64,000 nt of DNA from Phycisphaerae bacterium (GTDB lineage Bacteria; Planctomycetota; Phycisphaerae; Tepidisphaerales; Tepidisphaeraceae), in contig JANOBD010000081.1 of the NCBI GenBank assembly GCA_031411495.1, positions 1,519 through 65,518 of the forward strand. Direction: 5' to 3'. Under the pieces are notes generated by a model. The model saw only the letters and a list, made by a program, of their open reading frames with translations. It had not been told where the DNA came from and ran no database searches. Of this stretch, positions 34,068 to 42,951 are shown one piece after another. The position numbers and the translations under genes were made by a program. The number at the start of each line of letters is the position of its first letter. The first letter of the stretch is position 1.

Positions 34068-35624
34068 TCATCCGCCAGCGAGAAGCCGCTCGCGGTACCT
34101 GGCAAGGCAGGCAACGATTTCCGGCCGTACGACGATGCCGTGGCGAATCGCGTAGAGCTGCCGGACGACATCATCGACCGATTTCGAGCGGTCGGCTCGG
34201 AGCAGCACCGCGCCCGCGACCGCCGCCGAGCGCGAGTAGCCCGCTTTACAGTGAAGATAGACCCGGCCGGATCGCGAATGTTGGTCCACGAATGCAAGCG
34301 CGCGGTCCAACTGATCCAGCGAAGGCGCGGTGAGATCGGGAACCTGGATGCTGCAATAGGGCAGCGCGCGAAATAGTGCGGCCTCCGAAAACTCGCCCGT
34401 CAAGTCGAGTACCGCGACGACACCCTCGTCGACTGCGTGCTCCGCTTCGCGATCGGTTAGCCGTCGGCCGATGAGCAGCGAATCGTTCACCGCGTCATAC
34501 GCGTTGGATCGCTTCGTGTAGCCGCACCATGATAGCCACTGCCCGACCAGAAACGGGCCGAGCACGAGGTGCGTTGCGAGCGGAATCTTTCCGTCGCGCT
34601 TGCGATAGATCGAAGCGCCCGCGCCGAAGTAGCTCGAAGCGGCGATCGCGAGCGAAGTCGCCGGCCAGAGCAGCCAGAGCGACCACCAGACGTAACTGAA
34701 CGACAACGCGGCAAGCAGCAACGAGAGCGCGAGGTAGCGAAAGCCGACCTTGCGATTGCCACGAGCGCGATCGGGTGCCCCGGGGCAACGTACTCGTTGA
34801 CCCGCGTTGGAGACTGCCGGTACGTCAACGGCGCGGGTCATGAGTACATGCCCCGGGGCACCCTTCGCACTCCGATCCTTGAACGCGTAATAACACACCG
34901 TCGCCAAGCCAAATCCGCCGACGATGTCCACCACATGGTGCTGGTAGATCAGCAGCGTCGAGAACCCGATCAGGCTGAACCAGAGGTGCACGAGCCCGCG
35001 GACAATGCCGCGCGTGTGCCGGACATAGGTGCCGACCAGGATCGTCCGCAGCGCGATGTGAAGCGATGGAAACAGGTTGTGCGGCTGGTCGAACGAGTCG
35101 AGAAACCGAAAGATCGGCCCGAGCCAGCCGTCCACGCTCGGCCGCGGCACGGCGGTCGTCAGCGGCATCAGCCAGAAGAATACGCCCGCTGCCGCGATCG
35201 CAAACATGATCCGTTTCGCCAGCGTCATGCGTTCTTCACGACTCGCGCACATGAACGGCGCGAAGAAGAAGAACAGGTCGATCGACATGTACGGGATCAC
35301 CAGGATCGGCACGAACGGAATGAACCGTTCCCACGCGTAGTACCACGTGCCGACACGATCGTGAGGCAGGTGCATCGCGTGCGCGTTGGTCATGCCGTAG
35401 ACGAGCATGAACCACGCGCTGAGTCCGAGCGAGGTGAGCAGGGCGGGAACGTGTCGACGGAAGCGCGACGCCTCCGACTCCGCATCAGGCGGAGCGGATG
35501 CGACGTCGGCGACTTTCGCCGTGTTGACCTGATCTGCAGGTTTCAAGCGTTTCGTCCCTCGCGCTCTCCGATGTAGAGAGCGCGGGGAGCATAAACGCCT
35601 TCGGCCCGAACGGCTATTTCCCAC
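34068..35624 (-). CDS. Fusion protein: PAP2-like membrane phosphatase domain + C-terminal dual-specificity (CX5R) protein phosphatase domain
   Basis: Membrane half with PAP2-like motifs (FPSLHIAL; YQHHVVDIVGG). C-terminal VYLHCKAGYSRSAAVAG (HCxxGxxRS P-loop) preceded by a DSP-like fold. The start is ambiguous (35624 or a downstream Met). Confidence 0.6.
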   Translation of the reverse strand: MGNSRSGRRRLCSPRSLHRRARGTKRLKPADQVNTAKVADVASAPPDAESEASRFRRHVPALLTSLGLSAWFMLVYGMTNAHAMHLPHDRVGTWYYAWERFIPFVPILVIPYMSIDLFFFFAPFMCASREERMTLAKRIMFAIAAAGVFFWLMPLTTAVPRPSVDGWLGPIFRFLDSFDQPHNLFPSLHIALRTILVGTYVRHTRGIVRGLVHLWFSLIGFSTLLIYQHHVVDIVGGFGLATVCYYAFKDRSAKGAPGHVLMTRAVDVPAVSNAGQRVRCPGAPDRARGNRKVGFRYLALSLLLAALSFSYVWWSLWLLWPATSLAIAASSYFGAGASIYRKRDGKIPLATHLVLGPFLVGQWLSWCGYTKRSNAYDAVNDSLLIGRRLTDREAEHAVDEGVVAVLDLTGEFSEAALFRALPYCSIQVPDLTAPSLDQLDRALAFVDQHSRSGRVYLHCKAGYSRSAAVAGAVLLRADRSKSVDDVVRQLYAIRHGIVVRPEIVACLARYRERLLAGG

Positions 35625-37431
35625 CCGTCCCGACCAGGCTCAGGTTGCGGTCGTGCTCGATCGAGAGCGAATACCTGATCGTGGTTGCGGCAGCGCCGAT
35701 CGCCTGCGGCTTCACGCCGAGCGTCCACTGCAGCATTCCCTTCTTCTTGAGCAGTTCGGCATCGTCCATCGGCTTGGGATCACTGGAGACGAGCTGGACT
35801 TTCAGCTCCTTCCCGCTCGAGACCGGCAGGCGATCCTGCACACGGATGGTGGCGGGGGACGCGCCGAAGTTTTCCAGCGAGATGCGGTATTCGAAGCCGG
35901 TGATCTTGTTGCCGCCGGAGATGGATTCGGTCTTGTCGACGAGTTCGCGCTGCACGCGCAGTGAGCTGTCGATGCCGAAGCCGACGGTGAACTGCTCGCC
36001 GGCCGCCACGGTGGGCAGATCTCCGGCTCCGACGAAATCGCCGTCGAGGTAGCTCATCGTCGGGCCGGCCAGCAGGAGCTGGTTGCTGGCGTTGGTGACC
36101 TTCGCCTCGTTGTAGACATAGCTGGTGAGCACCGGCACGGCGAGCTTGTAGAACTCGCCCGCCATCTTCACGCTGGCGATGCTCACGAGCTGCTGGTCGG
36201 ATCGACTCGGGAGCGAGGTCGTGTCCGGCAGCACATAGGTGACGGTCACGCTCTCGGTTGGCTTCTGGCGATTGATCTCGACGGCCACTTCCTTGCGGGC
36301 GGTGTATTCGAGCTGCTGGGCTTCGGCGGCGGCGGAGTTGAGCGCCTTGAGGTTGTCTTTGAAGAGCTCGCCCTGCGGCTGAACAGAGCCGGCACCCATT
36401 TGGCCTCCTACACCATCGTGTGACGCATTGCCTGCGAAGTTGTTGAACGCATCGCTTCTGCGTTGCGAGAGCGCGCGGGCGTAATCGACGGACTGTGCGG
36501 CCTGATCGCGATCCCGATTCTCGCCGGCGTTGACGAGCGCGACCGTCATCACGTCCAGCGTCGGCGCTCGGGCAATGACGGAAGGCGTCGCGGTCGAGAG
36601 CGTCATCTTCACGTTGCTCCAGTCTTCGCCGCTCACCTGCGTCACCATCGCCTGGTAGTGCAGGTCGACATCGGCCGACCCGGTCGCGGCGCGGAGCGTG
36701 TACGAAGGCGCCCAGCTCGCATTCGCCACGAGATACTTCAGCCGCACCTTCGCGCCGGCTTTTTTCACGTCGACCGTAAGGACGGCCTCGCGCGCCGTCT
36801 TCTGCGCGCCGCCGGTGATCTCGCCTTTTTTCCGGTTGAGCAACTCGATCTGGCCATTCAGGTCGGCGAGCTTCTGCTGCCCCGTGAGTGTGCCGGTGGC
36901 CACCTTTTGACGCTCGGCGAGAATGAACTCGGTGAGTTTCTGCAGCGTCTCGGCATTCAGCACGCCACGCGTGAGCTCGACATTCGCGGTCGGCGCGGCA
37001 AATCCTTCGAGCGTGTCGAGATAGGCGCTGTGTCGGCTCAGCACGTCGAGCTGAGACTGCTCGGCGGCGACGGATTGCGCGAGCTTGGCGATGTCGAGAT
37101 CGAGCTTGCGGACTTCCTCGCGCACATCATCCATCACCGCCCGCATCCGCGCGCGGACGTTGCGGACCTGTGCATCGCCTTCCACCTCCGCGTACACGCT
37201 GCCCTGCAGGATGGCTGCGGGGAGGTCGGTCACCACGATGTCCTGCAGGCCGACATCTTTGGGCAGATCGATCACCCGCGTCACCAGCGCCTGCCCGCGA
37301 TAGACGGTCACGGCATCGATATTGCCGCGGATGTTGACCGGATCGGCACCGAGTGTGGCCGAGACGGCGGAAAGAAGGATGGCGAGGGCGAACGCATTTC
37401 GACGTGAAAAAGTACTCTGACGCAGGTTCAT
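35614..37431 (-). CDS. DUF4139/DUF4140 protein (mucoidy inhibitor MuiA-like family), secreted
   Basis: Signal MNLRQSTFSRRNAFALAILLSAVSATLGA. N-terminal VTVYRGQALVTRVIDLP and a central coiled-coil, then C-terminal ...SWAPSYTLRA...DLHYQAMVTQVSGEDWSNVKMTLSTATP typical of TIGR02231-like proteins. Confidence 0.55.
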   Translation of the reverse strand: MNLRQSTFSRRNAFALAILLSAVSATLGADPVNIRGNIDAVTVYRGQALVTRVIDLPKDVGLQDIVVTDLPAAILQGSVYAEVEGDAQVRNVRARMRAVMDDVREEVRKLDLDIAKLAQSVAAEQSQLDVLSRHSAYLDTLEGFAAPTANVELTRGVLNAETLQKLTEFILAERQKVATGTLTGQQKLADLNGQIELLNRKKGEITGGAQKTAREAVLTVDVKKAGAKVRLKYLVANASWAPSYTLRAATGSADVDLHYQAMVTQVSGEDWSNVKMTLSTATPSVIARAPTLDVMTVALVNAGENRDRDQAAQSVDYARALSQRRSDAFNNFAGNASHDGVGGQMGAGSVQPQGELFKDNLKALNSAAAEAQQLEYTARKEVAVEINRQKPTESVTVTYVLPDTTSLPSRSDQQLVSIASVKMAGEFYKLAVPVLTSYVYNEAKVTNASNQLLLAGPTMSYLDGDFVGAGDLPTVAAGEQFTVGFGIDSSLRVQRELVDKTESISGGNKITGFEYRISLENFGASPATIRVQDRLPVSSGKELKVQLVSSDPKPMDDAELLKKKGMLQWTLGVKPQAIGAAATTIRYSLSIEHDRNLSLVGTGGK

Positions 37432-37583
37432 AGGTGGCTCCGTTGGTTGACCCGACGTTGGACGCGTCAACCGCCGGGTAGTTCCGCGGTGGCGAAAATC
37501 GCCAGCGAATGGGGCGTTTCTCATCGCCGATTGCGATCCACCCGAACGCCCGTTAGCGTTTCCACTTCACAGGAGACACTTAC

Positions 37584-38591
37584 ATGGTGAAGCTGGCGAT
37601 TGTCGGTTGTGGCGGGATGGCTCAGGGACACGGGCAGACGCTCGCGAGCATGCCGGATGTGAAGCTCGTCGCGTTCTGCGACATCATCAAGTCGCGGGCC
37701 GAAGCGTTTCGCGAGAAGTACGCGAAGGAGGCGCAGGTCTTCGAATCGCACTCCGACATGGTGAAGTCGATGAAGGGCAAGCTCGACGGCGTCGTCAACG
37801 TCACGCCGCACACCGTACACTACCCGCAGTGCAAGGAAGCCCTCGAAGCCGGCCTGCACGTGCTCGTCGAGAAGCCGATGGTCACCAACATCGACCACGC
37901 GTACGACCTCTGGAAAACCGTCAACGCCAGCGGCAAGGTCTTCCAGATCGCGTTCCAGGCGCCGTACTCGTCCGAGTTCCAGGCCATCAAGAAACTCCGC
38001 GACTCGGGCGAACTCGGCAAAGTGCAATTGATCCAGGGATGGCTCGCCCAGAACTGGCGCACCAACACCATCGGCACCTGGCGGCAGGACCCGAAAATGT
38101 CCGGCGGCGGCCAGATGTACGACAGCGGCGCGCACACGCTCAACGCCATCATGTGGATCATGAACGAGCCCGTCGTCGAAGTGGCCTGCATGTACGACAA
38201 GATGGAAACGCCGGTCGACATCAACGGCATCGTCATGATGAAGTTCCAGAGCGGCGCGATGGGCACCGTCTGCATCGGCGGCAACTCGCCCGGCTGGGAC
38301 ACCGACCTGCGCGTCCAGTCCGACACGATGCAGGTCCGCACCTTCCCGCACGGCGGCTTCCTCGAATGCATGCGCTTCGGCCGCAAGTTTTATCCGAAGG
38401 TGGAGTTCGACAACTCGCCCGGCGCGTTCACGCCGCACAAGAACTTCATCGAGGTCATCCAGGGCAAGGCCCAGCCGGTCGCGCCGGTCCGCTACGGCGC
38501 GCTGCTGAGCGCCCTGATGGACGCGATGTACGACAGCGCGGCCAAGGGTGCGCCGGTGAAGGTGAAGCCGGTGCCGGAGAAATTGGACTGA
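37584..38591 (+). CDS. Gfo/Idh/MocA family NAD(P)-dependent oxidoreductase
   Basis: MVKLAIVGCGGMAQGHGQTLASMPDVKLVAFCD Rossmann motif. 335 aa. Confidence 0.85.
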   Translation: MVKLAIVGCGGMAQGHGQTLASMPDVKLVAFCDIIKSRAEAFREKYAKEAQVFESHSDMVKSMKGKLDGVVNVTPHTVHYPQCKEALEAGLHVLVEKPMVTNIDHAYDLWKTVNASGKVFQIAFQAPYSSEFQAIKKLRDSGELGKVQLIQGWLAQNWRTNTIGTWRQDPKMSGGGQMYDSGAHTLNAIMWIMNEPVVEVACMYDKMETPVDINGIVMMKFQSGAMGTVCIGGNSPGWDTDLRVQSDTMQVRTFPHGGFLECMRFGRKFYPKVEFDNSPGAFTPHKNFIEVIQGKAQPVAPVRYGALLSALMDAMYDSAAKGAPVKVKPVPEKLD

Positions 38592-38632
38592 TCCGCGAAG
38601 GGGCGCGAAGAGGAGAAGTCTAGTCCCCTCTC

Positions 38633-38658
38633 CCGTTTGCGGGAGAGGGTTCTGCCGT
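38633..38658 (+). terminator. Stem-loop (CCTCTCCCG tttg CGGGAGAGG) downstream of the oxidoreductase gene
   Basis: Inverted repeat read directly from the sequence, 40 bp after the stop codon. Confidence 0.5.
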
Positions 38659-38867
38659 GGGCTCAAGTCAAAGAGCGGCAGGGCGTGTGAGACACGTCGC
38701 GCGTGTGAACTACACCGCGTGTGTGCAGTAGGGCCGACAAGACAGCGAGTCGGCACACGGTTCCCGCATGACCGGAGCAGGCGGAATGAACGGTTCGCAC
38801 AAAACCCATACGAACTCTACAAAGCTTTATTCTTAATTGCCAAGTATGGGGCGGTTGGTAGGATCAT

Positions 38868-39599
38868 GTGATGGCCAACCCACTCCGAACTGCGCTTGCC
38901 GGTCTGGTTCTCGCTTTGGCGCTTAGCCCGACAGCGCATGCTGGCAAAAAACTGTACGTTGGGAATCTGCCGTTTTCGCCGACAGACTCCGCGTTACGCG
39001 TGATTGACGAAGCCTTTCAGCCCCCGCTCGAGCTGGAGAGTATGGGGCTGAGGGTCGAGTCGGCCGGGACGCCTTCTAATCCTGCCCTCCGTCTGCCCGT
39101 CGCAATCACGCTCGGCGTGACAGATCCCGACGCCTTCGGGCGGGGCGACAGCGGTTTCGCCAATTATGTTTACAATGGGGCGGCCACGAATTATCCCGAG
39201 GCGTCTCAGATCCTTTCGCAGGTGGTGATGCTTGATTCCGATACCGGCGCGCCTGCGAGAATGAAGACGGGGACCGTCAAGTTCTTCAACGATGCCAAAC
39301 GCTTCAGTTTTGATCTAGAGAGCACGCGGGCCGACGGGATTGGGAACTCTTACGCGATGTATGGCGTCATGAAGGCCGCGCAGACGGGGTTAACGTTCGG
39401 CGACATCCGGCTTTCCACCCCGGCCGCTGACGGCACGTTTCAACTCGTCACCGAGATCTTCTACGACAATACGGGTGCGTTCGATCCGGCCGTGCCGATG
39501 TTCGCGCTGATGGTGACGCCCGTCCCCGAACCCGCCAGCGCCGGGATCGCCTTGTGCACGATGGCAGCGTCCCTGCGTATGCGAAAGCGCAGGTCGTAG
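38868..39599 (+). CDS. PEP-CTERM sorting-domain protein (putative exosortase substrate)
   Basis: N-terminal signal MMANPLRTALAGLVLALALSPTAHA. C-terminus VPEPASAGIALCTMAASLRMRKRRS, i.e. a PEP motif + TM helix + Arg-rich tail. Confidence 0.6.
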   Translation: MMANPLRTALAGLVLALALSPTAHAGKKLYVGNLPFSPTDSALRVIDEAFQPPLELESMGLRVESAGTPSNPALRLPVAITLGVTDPDAFGRGDSGFANYVYNGAATNYPEASQILSQVVMLDSDTGAPARMKTGTVKFFNDAKRFSFDLESTRADGIGNSYAMYGVMKAAQTGLTFGDIRLSTPAADGTFQLVTEIFYDNTGAFDPAVPMFALMVTPVPEPASAGIALCTMAASLRMRKRRS

Positions 39600-39662
39600 T
39601 CCTAACGGCAGTGAGGAAGAAGATGCCGCCTTCGAAATTGGACCGAATATAGTTCGGCATGC

Positions 39663-39727
39663 TCAATGTAGGGTGGGGCCTGCCCCGCCGTTCGTTGTTG
39701 TTGGTTACGTGGTGGGGCAGGCCCCAC
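39663..39727. terminator. Long perfect inverted repeat (GTAGGGTGGGGCCTGCCCC … GGGGCAGGCCCCACCCTAC) between convergent genes; probable bidirectional terminator
   Basis: 19-bp arms separated by ~27 nt, read directly from the sequence, between the PEP-CTERM gene (+) and gdh (-). Confidence 0.5.
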
Positions 39728-39738
39728 CCTACGAGGGA

Positions 39739-41034
39739 TTACGGAAACAACCCCTTCAACTTATGCGCCTCCGCCACGCGGCCGATGCCCATGCCATACG
39801 CGGCTGTTCGGTAATCACAGTCCTTTTCGTTCGCGAGCGCGTCCACCTGTTCAAACGCACGCTCCATGATCTTCTTGAGTTCGTTGTCGACCCGCGCCTT
39901 GTCCCAGAAGTAGTTGTCCAGGCCCTGGACCCACTCGAAGTAGGAGACCGTCACGCCGCCGGCGTTGGCGAGGATGTCGGGGATGATCGTCACGCCTTTG
40001 TCGCGGAGGATCTCATCCGCGGTCGGCGTGGTCGGGCCGTTGGCGGCTTCGATGATGTACTTCGCCTGGATCGTCGGCGCGTTCTCTTCGGTGATCGTGC
40101 TCTCCATCGCGGCGGGGATGAGCACTTCGCAGTCGCAGGCGACGAGCTCTTCGTTGGTGATCGCTTCGCCGGCGGGTGAGTCGATAAGCTTGCCGGTCTC
40201 TTTGACGAACTGGCCGGCCGCGTCGATGTCGATGCCGTTGCCGTTGTAGATGCCGGTGTAACGATCGCTGACGGCGACGATCGTCGCGCCCATTTCATCC
40301 AGCAGTCGCGCGGCGTGGAAGCCGACATTGCCGAAGCCCTGGATCGCGATGCGGACGCCTTCGAGGTTTCGCCCGAGCGTGGAGAAGAACTTCGCCAGCA
40401 CGTACATCACGCCGCGGCCGGTGGCTTCTTCACGGCCGACGCTGCCGCCGAGCGCGACGGGCTTGCCGGTGACGACGCCGAGTTCCTGGTGGCCGACCAT
40501 CATCGAGTAGGTGTCGAGCAGCCACGCCATGACCTGCGAGTCGGTGCCGGCATCGGGCGCGGGGATGTCGATGTTGGGGCCGATGATCGGCATGATCTCG
40601 GAGGTGTACCGACGGGTGAGGCGTTCCTTTTCGCGCATGGAGAGTTTGCGCGGGTCGCAGACGATGCCGCCTTTCGCGCCGCCGTAGGGAAGGCCGACGA
40701 GCGCGTTCTTCCAGGTCTGGAGCATGGCGAGGGCCATCACTTCGTCGCGATCGACGGCGAGGTCGTATCGAAGGCCGCCTTTGAACGGTCCGAGCGTATT
40801 GTTGTGCTGCACGCGATAGCCGGTGAACGTCTGGTAGTTGCCATTATCCATCTTGATCGGACAGGAGACGGTGAGGACGCGTTTGGGCGAAGCGAGCATC
40901 GAGCGGACCTGCTGGTCGAGCTTGAGTTCGTCGTAGACGCGGTTGAAGTAGACGTTGGCGTTCTGCCAGAACTTGGCGACATCGTTCGGACGCGCGGCAA
41001 GGCGGTCGGTGGAGGATTGGCTCATGGGGGCGTA
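39739..41034 (-). CDS. gdhA: Glutamate dehydrogenase (Glu/Leu/Phe/Val dehydrogenase family)
   Basis: Motifs KGGLRYD...VMALAMLQTWKNALVGLPYGGAKGG (catalytic Lys region) and the C-terminal NAD(P) domain GFGNVG. Start ATG 41032-41034 (MSQSSTDRL...), giving 431 aa. Confidence 0.9.
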   Translation of the reverse strand, partial: YAPMSQSSTDRLAARPNDVAKFWQNANVYFNRVYDELKLDQQVRSMLASPKRVLTVSCPIKMDNGNYQTFTGYRVQHNNTLGPFKGGLRYDLAVDRDEVMALAMLQTWKNALVGLPYGGAKGGIVCDPRKLSMREKERLTRRYTSEIMPIIGPNIDIPAPDAGTDSQVMAWLLDTYSMMVGHQELGVVTGKPVALGGSVGREEATGRGVMYVLAKFFSTLGRNLEGVRIAIQGFGNVGFHAARLLDEMGATIVAVSDRYTGIYNGNGIDIDAAGQFVKETGKLIDSPAGEAITNEELVACDCEVLIPAAMESTITEENAPTIQAKYIIEAANGPTTPTADEILRDKGVTIIPDILANAGGVTVSYFEWVQGLDNYFWDKARVDNELKKIMERAFEQVDALANEKDCDYRTAAYGMGIGRVAEAHKLKGLFP

Positions 41035-41766
41035 TTGACGCTTCGCGAGAGAGCTTTTGCAACTTTGTGCGCGACATCGCGCCATGCGTGCAGAAACGGA
41101 AGCGTGCGTCACCGCGTTCTGCAGCACTTCGGCATCGAGAGGCTGCGCAGTTTGGATGTCGGCTCGCGGCAAGGTGAGAGGCCGATTCGGTGCGGTGATC
41201 GACACCTCTCGCAGTTTGAATAGGCTCTCATTTCCTCTCATTTCGTCTCGCAGGCTCGATGCAGTGCTCGCCCGATCGCGGCCGCAAGCGTTGATCGACG
41301 ATGGGTTTGTGTCCTTCCATTTCATGATGCACCACCCGGAATTACCCTCTCACTCGTGAGAGGGGCGCTCGCTGCTTCGACGTCTATCCCGAGCCGTCGT
41401 TCGACGTCCTACGCGTCGCCGAAACTCGGCGCGCAGTTCCGCCGCGAGCGAATTCAAATCGTGTGAAGGTAGGTGCCGTGTGAGATGGGATGCAAGGAGA
41501 TTCCGGCGTCTAGAAATAAGGTGATTGCGAGGAACTAAGAGACTGGGGTGTCACCCTCAGGTACGCCGAAGGGTCTGGTAGCGCCGTGAGAAATCGACAC
41601 TTGGTACTCCGCATAAAAAACGATGGAGTAAAAGGAGCTGCTCATATGCCACTGGCGCTAGAGGCTTGCGAGCATGGACAGAGAACTCGAAGGCTATCTC
41701 TGCATGACAGTCGTTGGTACCCGACGAACGAACTACACCCGCTATCGAGTTTGTCTGGTAGTGTAG

Positions 41767-42852
41767 ATGACCCAATTGGCGGAGAACAAGATGCCCAAAC
41801 AGGACAAGAAGCAGCGGCGTGCCGCGAAGCAGGCGCAGAAGAAGAAGGAGGCGCGACGGCACGATTCGATCAGCCCGCTCAAGCGGCTCGCGGATGCGCC
41901 GGGCGAAGCCGAGTGTTGGGCGACGCCGGACTTTGAACTCAACGGCCAATTGTCCATTCACGCGTTCAAGCGCGGCGACGGCCTGAGCGGCCAGTTCAGC
42001 TTCCTGATCGATCGTGGCGTGGTCGGACTGAAAGATACTTGGAGCGTGATCCCCATCGAGCCGGCGCAGCGACAGATGATTTTTGACGCGTCGCGCGAAC
42101 GCGGTTTCGCCTTGCAACGGATCACGAGCGCAGCGGCGCTGGCTTGGATCGCTGGCGCAGCGCGATGGACGAACGAGAACGGCATGAAACTGCCGAAGGA
42201 CTGGCTCAAGATCGCGGCAGTCGTCGGTGACGTGGGCGACTGGCATCACGCCGACGTCTCCGCATTCAAGAAGGAGTTCGCCGGTCATCCGGAAGACCTG
42301 CGGCAGCGTCTGATCGCGGAATCGTTCGAGTCGTACATGAAGCGGAAAGACATCGCTTTCACGTTCAGTGACGGCGCGCCTTTCAAGGATCAACGCACCG
42401 GCCGATACAGCAATCTGGAAGAATATGCAGCCGACGATGAGGAGGATATCGAGGAGGTAGACGAACTCTTTTCATCGCTCACCGATGCCGAGCTCAATGA
42501 CGTGCTAATGAAGTACGTACCGGTCGCGGCCGAACTGACGAAGCAGACGGGCGCGTGGCTCGCCGCGAAAGGCAAATCTCCTTCTTCGGAACTGCCCAAC
42601 GCGTGGAAATTGATCGTGGTTGTAACGACGCTCTCAAACAACCTGCCTGCCGAATCGGATATGACCGATGACGACAAGGGAGATCTTTCGCACGACTGGA
42701 TTGTCGAACTATCACAACGAATCACGACGGATTCGCCTGAGGAGCTGCATCGCGCGATCGGACAATGTATTCAGCACTTGCTTGTCGACCAACACTTGAT
42801 GGTGAACGCATCGATCAAGATCGCGCCACCGGATGAGGGCGATTCCGACTAA
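41767..42852 (+). CDS. Hypothetical protein with highly basic N-terminus
   Basis: ORF with protein-like composition. N-terminal KQDKKQRRAAKQAQKKKEARR. No recognisable motif. It is preceded by a lower-GC region at 41440-41770. Confidence 0.4.
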   Translation: MTQLAENKMPKQDKKQRRAAKQAQKKKEARRHDSISPLKRLADAPGEAECWATPDFELNGQLSIHAFKRGDGLSGQFSFLIDRGVVGLKDTWSVIPIEPAQRQMIFDASRERGFALQRITSAAALAWIAGAARWTNENGMKLPKDWLKIAAVVGDVGDWHHADVSAFKKEFAGHPEDLRQRLIAESFESYMKRKDIAFTFSDGAPFKDQRTGRYSNLEEYAADDEEDIEEVDELFSSLTDAELNDVLMKYVPVAAELTKQTGAWLAAKGKSPSSELPNAWKLIVVVTTLSNNLPAESDMTDDDKGDLSHDWIVELSQRITTDSPEELHRAIGQCIQHLLVDQHLMVNASIKIAPPDEGDSD

Positions 42853-42951
42853 GGCGTTCCACTGCGTGAGGCGCTGCGGGGGCTTCGATGCGGACTTCGA
42901 TCGATGTATTGACCGTTGCCCAAACGACGTTTCAGACGCACAATCACCGCC

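Noticed and set aside
36463-38756. 314-aa + ORF antisense to the MuiA-like gene and 411-aa - ORF antisense to the Gfo/Idh/MocA gene
   Set aside because: Antisense shadows with R/H/G/D-rich composition. The sense genes have an N-terminal signal peptide and a Rossmann motif, respectively.
41347-41366. Hairpin CCCTCTCAC tcg TGAGAGGG upstream of gdhA, considered as a tRNA or terminator
   Set aside because: It lies upstream of the gdhA start, not downstream, and lacks tRNA features. No tRNA-like cloverleaf was found anywhere in the window by inspection.
41557-42393. 278-aa - strand ORF overlapping the hypothetical gene at 41767-42852
   Set aside because: Composition is less protein-like than the + strand ORF, which has a plausible start and balanced amino-acid usage. 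Kept as the rejected alternative with modest certainty.
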